Virus record (IMG/VR): IMGVR_UViG_3300025011_000036 | DNA: 64,000 nucleotides | Reading direction: 5' to 3' (one strand) | Source: an uncultured virus (IMG/VR IMGVR_UViG_3300025011_000036) | Lineage: Duplodnaviria; Heunggongvirae; Uroviricota; Caudoviricetes | Shown here: positions 20,201 through 28,863 of the stretch, piece after piece | Layout of the letters: each line of letters opens with the position of its first letter | How positions within the stretch are numbered: the stretch's first letter is position 1 | Position numbers and translations under genes: made by a program | Notes under the pieces: model-generated | Databases searched by the model: none | Seen by the model: only the letters and a program-made list of their open reading frames with translations | Told to the model about the DNA's origin: nothing

Positions 20201-22361
20201 GGTTGATAAGCAGGGTTTTCTTGTTAAGGATAAAGAGGGGAATCAACTTTACGATACAGTTATTGACAAAAAGCCTACACCAGTTCAAGCTAATTACACA
20301 TCCAAGATGTCTAAGGATGCCGTAAGAATTGCGGAGAGAGATAATCCTGAGTATAAAGCTATTGGGGATGGCATTGTTAAGTGGCTTGACGATTTTATGA
20401 GGACATGGGGTGTGGATACTGGAGTTGTCAATAAGGATATCTACTCATCATTAAGGGAAACATATAAGAGTTATTTCCCGACTCAAAGAGATTTTAGTGA
20501 ACTTGAAAAAGCAATACCTGATAATGTTTCGCAGAAGTTTGCTAATCAGCGTACGCCGATTCGTAAAGCAACGGGTAGTGAACGCGATATCAAGGACCCG
20601 ATTGAAAACATTATGAACCTAGTTGACCGGACAATAAGAACAGCAAAATATAATGAAGTTGGACAAAGCTTACTGAACTCAGTTAGGGAGGCACCTGAAA
20701 AACTTAAACCACTGGCTGAGGTTATCCCAACAAAGGATGGGATGTTCAGTAATTTAGACAACGTTATTACCGTTCTTGAGGATGGAAAACCTGTTTACCT
20801 GAAGATCAACGACAAGATGCTCCTTGATGCAATGAATGGATTGCCGAAGTCGATAGGTAGCATTCCGGTTCTTAGCACTTTGACGAATGGATTTAAGAGT
20901 CTAATAACTCAAAAGAATCCATTATTTGCTATTCGTAACATTTTCAGAGATATACCCACATCGTACGTGTACGGCTCGGAATCCAATCCTTTTAAATTCG
21001 GCAAAGGAATACTTGGGGCTAGTAAAGATGTTCTAACCAATAGCCAGCGCTTGCAAAAGTATAAGGCGGTAGGCGGTGGAGGTGGTAACTTCTTTTCGAG
21101 TGGAGACGTTACGAAGTCGGCTTCTGAATTAATGAATAAGGGAAGCGTTGTTAAAAAGATTGCGATGAAACCCATTAAGGCTATCGAATCGTTTAACACT
21201 CTTACCGAGACTGTACCTCGCTTGGCTGAATTCAACCGCGTGCTAGACAAAACAGGCGACATTACAAAAGCGTTGTATGCGTCTAATGATGTTACTGTAA
21301 ATTTCTCTAGGGGTGGAAACATCACAAAGAATGTAGATAAAATTGCACCGTACGCCAACGCTGGGGTCCAAGGGCTTGATCGCTTCTTTAGAGGGTTTTC
21401 CTCTCCCAAGGTTGCACTTGCAACAATGGCTAAGGCCGGGGTTGCTATTACTGTTCCTGATGTTGCACTTTATATGATAAATAGGGATAATCCTAATTAT
21501 CAGGCGTTGGACAATAGAACTAAGGATAGCTACTTCTTAATTCCCAAGGAGGGCGGAAAAACCTTTATTAAAGTTCCTAAATCAAGAGAGTTGGGCGTAT
21601 TGTTCGGGTCCCTGTTCGAGAGAAGCATGAGGGTGGCAGAGGGACAAAAGGAACCATTCAAAGGGTTTGGTAATGCTGTTAAGACAAATTTTTCTCCGAC
21701 CAATCCATTTGATAGCAATTTTTTCTCACCAGCAACGTTTAATATTTATACCAACAAAGATTTCGCTAATCGCGCAATCGTACCGCAAGGTATGCTTATG
21801 GATAAACGCTCTAAATATCTTCAGTATGATGATAAGACTACGGAAATTGCAAAGGAAATAGGAAGATTAAGCACTAACATTCCAGGGATACCCGGTGGAT
21901 TATCTCCGAAACAATTGGATTATTTGGTTAAGTCGTATAGTGGGGTAATTGGCCAATTCGGTACTCCTTTATTAGTTCCCGGTGGAAGTCCAGGCAAGGT
22001 TCTGTCTACTCAATTCTCTGCCGATCCGAAGTTTAGCAATCAAGCGACTACAGACTTCTACGACAAACTAGATAAACTCTCGTCGGCAGCCGTGGATAAA
22101 AACATCCTTGAGAAGATACCTGCTAAAAAGTTAACCAAAGAGGAAGATATTAAGAACTCTATGGTTGGCGTAAGTTCAGCGTTAAACAGAGGAACTAAAC
22201 TGATAAACAAAATTCAGGCTAGTTCTGATCCTGACAAGGAATCCAAGATTAACACTATCAAGTCTCAGATGCTACAACTGACCATGAGGGCTAATTCCGC
22301 TAAGGACGCGAAGGCAATGCAGCAGGTAGAAACTTATTCCAAGAAGTTTTTTACAAAATAA
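17220..22361 (+). CDS. Giant ejection/polyvalent protein with LPD38-like C-terminus
   Basis: 1713 aa; C-terminal 'TVNFSRGG...YQALDNRTKDSYFLIP...IKVPKSRELG...LSPKQLDYLVKSYSG'. Confidence 0.75.
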   Translation: MGYDLISAGKKKTNTSNGYDLMQYVKQPPATTQPEFYENATPDYTKYLTTSHAVSSPVVQPTQPSTWDQVKAGDIKGILNQVGLGLSQGLANTGAAKQNVDIANMLTNNPLPGMADIGRQQLAGIQTNQEYLKANPAESLPAIIGKEIPSLPLWMAGEGAVGALGKGIGKLFPSVIPAAEKVGSRIPSFIKGGLTDAAAYGGVVAPTQNIQEGGSIRDLLEREKQIPNIALGGVAARGAFKGIGEGAKLGKDVLGEGGSLKQALELRKLNIPEIKSNPLEDVQNAYKTTFSLQDIKSANPVNRSVQRGTELGTLRVSDRITPQYKARQSELTDAFKDLPIGSTKTPLARNTLQENIDSSMGISKPTEVYQGLDAFGKPLQNYKLNTDAKNTIAEITDKMDKKVQDIAKSMRQADGQTKVDSIRSQVKARGGIKQGNADIFEEQKVIPNWIRNDKGGMALDQMADEMKMSADELLRAIDDSAYSKKDYITEAYRVAYKDPEYQALSNTLDKLKADSQGKVKLLRKDKITTPDDFPFPIKDIPIIRYQKEVGPATYSDLRGGTWYNRVDNVHGENTGYNADDSAVGGMNKLAENYTPKKPLLVKDTESAGAGDAAIRAIKGEKYLDDVYEAYFDGQESINTLLSKFGIPEQEATLLMKHPEQPQVLLDRVGTELAKQNGYDSIVHTTPNGLYAEIVKLDSSPGRIKAIDGPIKLKPRELTPKTTPEILPIESFKRLKPSGSLPVDEVPRPVKKLTPVAKEKLIWTNKDGIGSSGAKMKDIPKRGEVPGKLEVGPAKVEGAKIGDGMDPKLVSSRKVVNEDVFWNKVKSQSKWQGDIPSLQEGIKSGQVNIDELPPEMAKEVRLKMNLQMFGASADPSLPEPQSKIIIGKQKEKINFKNAWDKFYTAIVNTQQPIANAAKVTGSDIGKLASNTKNVSGIIDHNFLTALVDKQGNKVGESLKSTVEAIPKGQEEKFWTYMSQRHNIDRARQESHEVPKVDKQGFLVKDKEGNQLYDTVIDKKPTPVQANYTSKMSKDAVRIAERDNPEYKAIGDGIVKWLDDFMRTWGVDTGVVNKDIYSSLRETYKSYFPTQRDFSELEKAIPDNVSQKFANQRTPIRKATGSERDIKDPIENIMNLVDRTIRTAKYNEVGQSLLNSVREAPEKLKPLAEVIPTKDGMFSNLDNVITVLEDGKPVYLKINDKMLLDAMNGLPKSIGSIPVLSTLTNGFKSLITQKNPLFAIRNIFRDIPTSYVYGSESNPFKFGKGILGASKDVLTNSQRLQKYKAVGGGGGNFFSSGDVTKSASELMNKGSVVKKIAMKPIKAIESFNTLTETVPRLAEFNRVLDKTGDITKALYASNDVTVNFSRGGNITKNVDKIAPYANAGVQGLDRFFRGFSSPKVALATMAKAGVAITVPDVALYMINRDNPNYQALDNRTKDSYFLIPKEGGKTFIKVPKSRELGVLFGSLFERSMRVAEGQKEPFKGFGNAVKTNFSPTNPFDSNFFSPATFNIYTNKDFANRAIVPQGMLMDKRSKYLQYDDKTTEIAKEIGRLSTNIPGIPGGLSPKQLDYLVKSYSGVIGQFGTPLLVPGGSPGKVLSTQFSADPKFSNQATTDFYDKLDKLSSAAVDKNILEKIPAKKLTKEEDIKNSMVGVSSALNRGTKLINKIQASSDPDKESKINTIKSQMLQLTMRANSAKDAKAMQQVETYSKKFFTK

Positions 22362-22362
22362 A

Positions 22363-22391
22363 AGAGAGCAAGGTATTTAGCCTTGCTCTCT
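22363..22391. terminator. Hairpin between convergent genes, probably a bidirectional terminator
   Basis: agagagcaagg-tatttag-ccttgctctct. Confidence 0.7.
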
Positions 22392-22395
22392 CCTG

Positions 22396-22704
22396 TTAAC
22401 TATGTTTATTTTTGTAATTGTAATCAATTTCATTCTGCATTCTCTGGATCGAGTCTCCACTTTTATTAAAGGGCGGGAATCTCCTGTCTAGCTCAGCATA
22501 AATTGATTTATGGGTTTTGTACCACATTCCTATTAGTAAAACAAAGGCGATCCACCAAGGTAATTCCCCAAGACTAGGCAAAATAGCCACTGAAACTATT
22601 GTAACGAGGTAAAGTATTAATCCTGATACGATCATCATTAGTATGTATGTAATTCCAATTACTTTTTCCCAAAACTTTCTAGAAAGCCAATCGTCGTCAC
22701 TCAT
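22396..22704 (-). CDS. Membrane protein (two TM helices), moron
   Basis: Hydrophobic segments; opposite strand to the late genes. Confidence 0.65.
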   Translation of the reverse strand: MSDDDWLSRKFWEKVIGITYILMMIVSGLILYLVTIVSVAILPSLGELPWWIAFVLLIGMWYKTHKSIYAELDRRFPPFNKSGDSIQRMQNEIDYNYKNKHS

Positions 22705-22853
22705 ATTATTACCCCTAATCCCATTTTTAATATTCTATCCTTTATTTTAACTTCCGCCCCTTTTACCACATTATACACAAATTAAAAAAGCAATATATCA
22801 ATTCGACAGGATAAGCTAAATCCCCACATCTTACGAGGATATGGGGCAAGCAC

Positions 22854-23687
22854 TTATGCTTTTTGTGCCATGATATTCTGCAACAGTTGAACGGTCTTTG
22901 CGTTCCAATAGATTTGGAATCCCTCCCATTTGCTATTTCCAGTTTGCTTGGACGAATCCTGCATAATTCCGTATTCCTTGCCTTTGTCGGTCAAATGCCA
23001 AGGGTTAGTCTTAACCAGTCGCTCCTTTCCTTCTCTTTTTCCAGCTTCTCTGATACCATACTGTAATCCGATTTCTTCAAGAAGGAGATTGACTTGATTT
23101 GCCTTGAGTTTTAATTTATCTCCTATTTGACTAGCTGTAAATATTTCAGCTTCTTCTTGATCTACAGCAGGAAGGAGTCGGCGATAACTATCAAGTGATA
23201 ATCCTGATTGATGTTCCACCCTGGCAATTGCAACGGCAAGAGCACGTTCTGTTCTAATTCCTGCTGCTTTTGCAAATTCCTTAGCAAAACGGATTTCTCC
23301 TACAGCAATTTTATCCCAAGTAGGGATGGGTTTAGTCTTGCGACCTTTCATGGTTTCCATAACGTGGTAGTATTCATCAACTAGTGATTCGTAAGCATTC
23401 CATGCTGCGTCTGTGTTTAGTGATTTAGCATGATGCCACGCACCTTTTTCGGTCCAGAGGTAGAGCTTATTAACATTGGGCGCGATTCCTAAACAATCGT
23501 GTTCGCGCTTAAACGTCCTTAATGCATCACCTTCTATACAATAGTAGTGTTTACCTTCGGTGAATCGGTCGGAATTGTTCAGAAAATTATTATTGATCAT
23601 TTTAATTGTTGCTCCATACGACTCGGATAATTGCTCACTTGTTAAAATCCTCTGCCCTTGATAATCTACTGGAACTATCGCGCTCAT
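22854..23687 (-). CDS. ORF6N-domain antirepressor-type protein
   Basis: 'YQGQRILTSEQLSESYG...NFLNNSDRFTEGKHY...LYLWTEKGAWHHAKSLNTDAAW'. Confidence 0.85.
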   Translation of the reverse strand: MSAIVPVDYQGQRILTSEQLSESYGATIKMINNNFLNNSDRFTEGKHYYCIEGDALRTFKREHDCLGIAPNVNKLYLWTEKGAWHHAKSLNTDAAWNAYESLVDEYYHVMETMKGRKTKPIPTWDKIAVGEIRFAKEFAKAAGIRTERALAVAIARVEHQSGLSLDSYRRLLPAVDQEEAEIFTASQIGDKLKLKANQVNLLLEEIGLQYGIREAGKREGKERLVKTNPWHLTDKGKEYGIMQDSSKQTGNSKWEGFQIYWNAKTVQLLQNIMAQKA

Positions 23688-23983
23688 TCCATCTCTCCTT
23701 CCTTACCAAATGAAGCTATTTCCTTCAATATCTGCATTCCGTCATACAGACCCTGCTTATAAGCGTCTTCAATGCCTATGGCGTGTCTTGAAGAGGTCAA
23801 CTCTTCTATTTCAAAAATTAGCTTCTGATTCTCCGGGCTAAGTATATGCATGACATGGGCGGTCACTGCATCCAGCTCCAAGCTTTTAGTTATATGGTCA
23901 GGGTTTAAGAAAGTTCTAGAACCAGCCAATTCAAACGCTCTTTTGTTAATCAGTAGAGAAACGATACTTTGCTTACTCGACAT
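23684..23983 (-). CDS. Hypothetical protein
   Basis: AGGAGG SD; 'EDAYKQGLYDG'; coupled to the antirepressor. Confidence 0.65.
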   Translation of the reverse strand: MSSKQSIVSLLINKRAFELAGSRTFLNPDHITKSLELDAVTAHVMHILSPENQKLIFEIEELTSSRHAIGIEDAYKQGLYDGMQILKEIASFGKEGEME

Positions 23984-24111
23984 ATAATTTTCCTCCTTTT
24001 AATTAGCCCTTGCCAAAGGAGTTTACTGCTGTTAAGATTAAAGCAGATGATCCTCTTTGGAGGGTGGTTTTTGGGAAGTCCGAATCTCTTGGTTGGGGGA
24101 ACGGACTTCCT

Positions 24112-24282
24112 TTAGTTTTGGCTTTTTTGCCGTTCAAGCCATTTTTGAATGTCTGATTCTCGATACCGAATACTCTTACCGCTGCCAATGTATGGCATGC
24201 CTTTACTTCGCCACTTCCACGCTGTTCCGTGAGTAATTTTTAACCATTTGCATAATTCAGAAGTGGTTAATAGCTCGTTCAT
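24112..24282 (-). CDS. Excisionase/MerR-like small HTH protein (56 aa, absent from ORF track)
   Basis: MNELLTTSELCKWLKITHGTAWKWRSKGMPYIGSGKSIRYRESDIQKWLERQKSQN; AAGGTGG SD. Confidence 0.8.
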   Translation of the reverse strand: MNELLTTSELCKWLKITHGTAWKWRSKGMPYIGSGKSIRYRESDIQKWLERQKSQN

Positions 24283-24323
24283 GACTCGCCACCTTTCATT
24301 CGTATGATACTGCTTACATTTAT

Positions 24324-24352
24324 ATGATACTCTATTATATCCACATAGTCAA
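24324..24352 (-). promoter_or_regulatory. SigA-type promoter for the xis/antirepressor operon
   Basis: TTGACT-17-TATCAT on minus strand; direct repeat tatgatact at 24303 and 24323. Confidence 0.6.
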
Positions 24353-24433
24353 TACTTTTTCGGAAATATTTCAAAAAAAATAGCACCTATATTCTAGGCA
24401 CTTCTCTGCTTCTATTTATATGAAGTAAAAATA

Positions 24434-24470
24434 TATACAACCCTAAAGATCTTTGATATAATAATATCAA
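24434..24470 (+). promoter_or_regulatory. Extended -10 promoter with overlapping palindrome
   Basis: TATACA-17-TATAAT with TG at 24454; palindrome ttgatat-aata-atatcaa (24453-24470). Confidence 0.6.
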
Positions 24471-25010
24471 CTAAATAAAACGAAGCCACGAGCGGTCTAG
24501 AGAACCGCCAGCAGCTTCTAGCGTTAACCTGAAAAAAGCAGGAAAACACTTAACTTATTATACTTCACTAGGACAACCTAGGGCAAGTGTAAATTAAGGA
24601 ATTTTCAGCTACAGACCGTTAGAAGTTTGTAGCTTTTGTGATTCCTAGTGGAAGTATAAGCACACTTTAAACTATACGGGGTTGGTGGCCCCTCTAAAAC
24701 AAACTGCCAACACGGACTAGGCATTACTCGTTATGCTGTGGACTCCGTGGAAAGGCGATGGCTGCCTTAAAGGTCAGGTGTGGAAGTATCGGTATGGGGC
24801 ATGTTCATATACCACCTCTCGGACGATCTTGAGAGAGTAGAACATGTTGCGAAAGCAAGTGACAACGAGGTCTGGGCATAATCCGATACCCGATTAGACG
24901 GATAAAACTTAGATTTACTCTCTTACTCGTTTAGAAATACAGAAAAAATATGTGTTTCTATTCTGAGTAAGGGGGTAACTATCTAAACGTTTCCGTCCCC
25001 TCTTACCGGA
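24470..25010 (+). ncRNA. Candidate large structured RNA (~550 nt), family unassigned
   Basis: No ORF of 60 aa or more; more than 10 nested helices with G-U pairs, a GAAA tetraloop and a putative pseudoknot; promoter directly upstream. Confidence 0.6.
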
Positions 25011-25074
25011 TCTTAATTAGAACGACGAAGTTTACTAGTTATAAAAGGAAATACACTGAAAAAGGAGGAACCAC

Positions 25075-25299
25075 ATGGACCACTTCGACAACGCATCCGG
25101 CCCAGAACAACGGTACCGCAACGATCTACTCAACGAACTACGCATGCAATCCTCTCTGCTAACCGAACTAAAAGAGCAAAACAACCTACTCAAAGACCTA
25201 ATCAAACTCCTGCAAACTCCAAAACCTGACCAGCCAAAAGTAGTGAAGCGTGTTCCATCTAAGAAGAAAGTCGATGCAATAATTAAGAGGGGGCTTTAA
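25075..25299 (+). CDS. Hypothetical coiled-coil protein
   Basis: AAGGAGG SD. Confidence 0.65.
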   Translation: MDHFDNASGPEQRYRNDLLNELRMQSSLLTELKEQNNLLKDLIKLLQTPKPDQPKVVKRVPSKKKVDAIIKRGL

Positions 25300-25300
25300 T

Positions 25301-25933
25301 ATGACAATACATTTAGGTGATGAATTCGGGAATGAGTACAATGCGAGTAATCCTGTTCCTACTTCTATTACTGGTAGTTTAGCGAACTACATTATCCCTA
25401 TGATGGATTTGTTAGCATGGTCAGGGTTCACTAACCAACCTGCTAATGATGGGGTTGAGGTTGTTAGTAATTCGGCTTCAGACGTTGGAAAATGCACAAT
25501 ATTTGGTACGACAATTGGTACTGGGGTTTTCGCTTATGAAACCGTAACCCTTAACGGCGTAACTGCTGTCGCCACAACCAAAGTCAATTGGGGCAATGTT
25601 TACGGTATTTTTATGGGCGATATCTATGGTCAAAATATTACTCCGTTAGTCGGAACATTAACTGTCAGGGAAGCAAGCGCAGACCAAACCATTACAACCC
25701 TTGCCGCCAATGTGATAAGTAAAGGGATGGTTGCCTTTGATTTAACAGATAAACAAATCATTCTCAACGTCCACTCAGGAAACGTTTGGAAAAACCATGT
25801 AGTTGTGACTGCTGCAAACGGATTCAAGATGAATATCACAGGTGGAAACATTAAAGAGGAACGAGTGTCAAGTATGCTCTATCTCATATCTGATACCACA
25901 GGGGCCACGGCACAAATTGAAGTGCTGGCGTAG
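25301..25933 (+). CDS. Hypothetical virion-associated beta-rich protein
   Basis: 'ASNPVPTSITGS', T/V/G-rich. Confidence 0.55.
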   Translation: MTIHLGDEFGNEYNASNPVPTSITGSLANYIIPMMDLLAWSGFTNQPANDGVEVVSNSASDVGKCTIFGTTIGTGVFAYETVTLNGVTAVATTKVNWGNVYGIFMGDIYGQNITPLVGTLTVREASADQTITTLAANVISKGMVAFDLTDKQIILNVHSGNVWKNHVVVTAANGFKMNITGGNIKEERVSSMLYLISDTTGATAQIEVLA

Positions 25934-25941
25934 GTGATAAT

Positions 25942-26514
25942 ATGGGATTAAGGAGAAGTTTTAAGCCAACAAATAGTATAGTTAATGGTAGCTTTGAGTA
26001 CAACCTTAACGAATGGACAGTTAATGTAGGTGGTGGAACTATTGAAGCATCTATCGCAAAAGCAAAGGACGGTGTAAAGTCTACCCGTATAGTATGTGCA
26101 GCACAAAGCGTCTACGAGTATCAAGATTTAGTGTTTACGGATGGAAACATAATATATATAAGCCTGTGGGCATATTTAGCCAGCGGCACTATAACGTCTA
26201 ATGTTCCTTCAATTGTTTATGATTATGGATCTTACCTTAATGGTGCGGTTATCACATTTGCAACGCTTGATGCTAATTGGAGACGAGCTAGTGCCATAAA
26301 AGTTGCAACAAGTGGTGGGGTAAGGGTAAATATTGGACGCACATCTGCTCAAACGGCTGAGTATTATGTCGATGCTATAATGGCAATTGATCTTACAGCC
26401 TTATTCGGTGCAGGTAAAGAACCAACAGTGGAGTGGTGTGACGCTAATTTACCTGTATGGTTCGATGGCACAATGTCAGGCGTAAAAATGGGTGGAATAG
26501 GAGGGCTGAAATGA
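25942..26514 (+). CDS. Carbohydrate-binding (CBM4/9-like) domain protein
   Basis: 'IVNGSFEYNL..W', 'YYVDAIMAIDLTALFGAGKEPT'. Confidence 0.6.
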   Translation: MGLRRSFKPTNSIVNGSFEYNLNEWTVNVGGGTIEASIAKAKDGVKSTRIVCAAQSVYEYQDLVFTDGNIIYISLWAYLASGTITSNVPSIVYDYGSYLNGAVITFATLDANWRRASAIKVATSGGVRVNIGRTSAQTAEYYVDAIMAIDLTALFGAGKEPTVEWCDANLPVWFDGTMSGVKMGGIGGLK

Positions 26515-26747
26515 GATTAAGAGATGGTTGTATTATCGTTTGTGATTGCGGATCTGAATTGAATCCTGAAATCACAACCCCACAGGATTTTATTAAATAT
26601 GTTGATGGAGTTGCAACTTGTTCAAATTGTGGAGAAAATGGAGAAATAACCTTCCTAGATACAGGGGATATTGTAATTCCGCAAGGCCCATCGTTAGAGG
26701 ATAGAATTACCGCCATGGAAGATATAATTATGGAATTATTAGTATAA
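26511..26747 (+). CDS. Zinc-ribbon protein, possible fibre assembly factor
   Basis: GGAGGG SD, ATGA overlap; CxC..CxxC; C-terminal 'SLEDRITAMEDIIMELL'. Confidence 0.55.
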   Translation: MRLRDGCIIVCDCGSELNPEITTPQDFIKYVDGVATCSNCGENGEITFLDTGDIVIPQGPSLEDRITAMEDIIMELLV

Positions 26748-26760
26748 GGGAGGATTTTAA

Positions 26761-26916
26761 ATGTCAATAATTCAACCTATGTCAACGGTGTATTACAATT
26801 TTTATCTAAACATGTGGATTATGCGAAGAATAACTTCTGAAGTATTGCAAACTAAAGTGCCGAAGTATCTTACCCAAGAAGAGTGCGATATGATTTTGGC
26901 AACACCACAAATTTAA
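26761..26916 (+). CDS. XkdX-like small protein (51 aa)
   Basis: GGAGG SD; 'YYNFYLNMW...KYLTQEECDMIL'. Confidence 0.5.
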   Translation: MSIIQPMSTVYYNFYLNMWIMRRITSEVLQTKVPKYLTQEECDMILATPQI

Positions 26917-27055
26917 CCTTCGCTAAAGACTACATTATACGGCACACCACCCCCCCCCCACAGAAAAATATCCAACATTTGTATTTGGATCAAAACTAAC
27001 TCATAAGGGGGGGCACTCTAGAAATCGAGTGTCCTTTTCCTATGACTCTTAGAAA

Positions 27056-27397
27056 GTGGGTGTGTTATTGAGGAAACCACTAATAATCGTCTTAATAATC
27101 ATCTCATTTTTAGCATCACTATTCCTATATATTCACAGCATGGGTTCACCTTCGATCAAAGTCATAGGCAATAACAACGTTTCAATTATCGGAGATAACA
27201 ACTCAATGGGCGCTGAGAGGATAGACTTGAATAGGGCGTCACGGGAGGCTTTAGAGAGCTTACCAGGGATTGGGAAGGTCTTGTCTGCTAGGATCATAGA
27301 GGGACGTCCTTACAACGATCTGTACGCGCTTGACCGCGTTAAGGGTATCGGGCCTAAGACGATACAAGCTTTAGAGGGAAAGGTTGTGTGTAATTAA
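27056..27397 (+). CDS. ComEA-like membrane-anchored helix-hairpin-helix DNA-binding protein
   Basis: TM helix + 'IDLNRASREALESLPGIGKVLSARIIEGRPY...RVKGIGPKT'. Confidence 0.85.
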   Translation: MGVLLRKPLIIVLIIISFLASLFLYIHSMGSPSIKVIGNNNVSIIGDNNSMGAERIDLNRASREALESLPGIGKVLSARIIEGRPYNDLYALDRVKGIGPKTIQALEGKVVCN

Positions 27398-27670
27398 ATG
27401 GATGTTGCGACAATTGTTGAGGCGTGTATCAGATTAGGGGTAATTCCCAGTCTGTTCATATATCTACTCTTCGATACCCGAAAAGAGCACGCCGAGCAGA
27501 TAAAAGAGGCACATGACAGGGAACGGCAACTCATGGAGAGTCTAGCTAAGTCAGACGGTGTTCTTGAAAACTTCGCTGCCAGCCTTAATAAGATAGGCGA
27601 AACGCTCAATGGCATGGACAGAAGCCTTAGTTTCCTGCAAAAAGATGTTGAAAATTTGAAGAACGCGTGA
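27398..27670 (+). CDS. Holin (BhlA/UviB-like)
   Basis: One TM helix + coiled coil '..RERQLM'; precedes amidase. Confidence 0.6.
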   Translation: MDVATIVEACIRLGVIPSLFIYLLFDTRKEHAEQIKEAHDRERQLMESLAKSDGVLENFAASLNKIGETLNGMDRSLSFLQKDVENLKNA

Positions 27671-27680
27671 GGTTATTATT

Positions 27681-28388
27681 ATGTTACTAAGAACACAACC
27701 CATCAAATACGTTGACTTGCACCACACAGGCGGTCATGAACAAAATACCCAAGCCATCAGAGAATACCATGTCAACGTTCGTGGCTACGGTGATATTGGC
27801 TATAACTCAGTCATCGAGTCAAACGGAACAGTTGGAGTTGGTCGCGATACTAAATGGGCAGGTGCTCACGATCCCGGCATAGTTCCGGGCGAACCCTATC
27901 CCATGAATCAACTTGCTTATGCAATTTCGCATATAGGCGACTTCATGAAAGAAGAGATGAACGAAGTTCAATTTCAAGCGTCTATGGCTGAGTGTGTGAG
28001 GGTTTGTAAGCTCTACAACGTACCCTCAAGTGGTGTCAGGCGACATAAGGACCAATACGCTACAGATTGCCCAGGGGATAATTTCCCCTACAAAAGATAT
28101 ATCACAGAGCTGGACAAAAGGTTGAAGGGGGGTGATGAAGTGCTAGAAGTAGCAATCTTAAAGTTTTCGGCAGAAGATGAATGGGCCGCGAAGGATATCG
28201 ATGCCAAACTTGGAGGAGTGGCAAACTTTACGCGGCAGGGGGCTGGTAGGATTATTCCGAAGGACGCGATGGCGGCGAAGCGTTTGATTGTGGTGGGTGG
28301 TCCTACTACGAATCATCCCAATGAGGTCCTTTTAAGCGGAAAAACGAAATTTGATACAGCCGTAGTGGTCGGAAAGTATTTGGGTTGA
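27681..28388 (+). CDS. Endolysin, N-acetylmuramoyl-L-alanine amidase (Amidase_2) + C-terminal cell-wall-binding domain
   Basis: 'LHHTG', 'GYGDIGYN', 'GAH', 'RHKD..ATDCPG'. Confidence 0.9.
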   Translation: MLLRTQPIKYVDLHHTGGHEQNTQAIREYHVNVRGYGDIGYNSVIESNGTVGVGRDTKWAGAHDPGIVPGEPYPMNQLAYAISHIGDFMKEEMNEVQFQASMAECVRVCKLYNVPSSGVRRHKDQYATDCPGDNFPYKRYITELDKRLKGGDEVLEVAILKFSAEDEWAAKDIDAKLGGVANFTRQGAGRIIPKDAMAAKRLIVVGGPTTNHPNEVLLSGKTKFDTAVVVGKYLG

Positions 28389-28401
28389 GAAAGGACATTT
28401 T

Positions 28402-28647
28402 ATGGATGAAGATTATGTCGAACAGCGTGAAGTGATTGAAATGAGTGATGTCATCAAATTAATGAAGGATTGCAATGACATCAATAAGCGCTTCATGTGG
28501 GTTATCGCTATTGCGTTAATATGCTTCACAGTTATGGTTGGCAGCCTTGCCGGGTTTTATTTCTTATCTGGCAACCATTCCGGAGTAGATCAAAAGGCAG
28601 TTCAGTCCGAAGGGCGACAAGAAGTTCACCAGAGTATCATAAAATAA
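28402..28647 (+). CDS. Small membrane protein
   Basis: Single TM helix; AAGGA SD. Confidence 0.55.
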   Translation: MDEDYVEQREVIEMSDVIKLMKDCNDINKRFMWVIAIALICFTVMVGSLAGFYFLSGNHSGVDQKAVQSEGRQEVHQSIIK

Positions 28648-28664
28648 CCCTATGGTAAGGGGTG

Positions 28665-28823
28665 TTGGAAATTAGGAAAGAATATCGTTGTAAGAAATGT
28701 AATAAATTATTGGCGATCGAGGTAGACGGACAACTTCAGATCAGGTGCGTCCAGCGCGGGAAACATACTGACGGACACAAATGCGACACAATTTTAACTA
28801 TTCCACTAAATAGGATAATGTAG
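28665..28823 (+). CDS. Mu Com-family zinc-finger regulator (52 aa, absent from ORF track)
   Basis: MEIRKEYRCKKCNKLLAIEVDGQLQIRCVQRGKHTDGHKCDTILTIPLNRIM; AAGGGG SD. Confidence 0.7.
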   Translation: MEIRKEYRCKKCNKLLAIEVDGQLQIRCVQRGKHTDGHKCDTILTIPLNRIM

Positions 28824-28863
28824 ACTTCGCGGCGCTCCTTTATTTTAGGAAAGGAGATAAAAT

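Noticed and set aside
24003..24188. 61-aa minus-strand ORF in the track
   Set aside because: It overlaps the better-supported Xis-like ORF 24112..24282, which has an SD and an HTH pattern.
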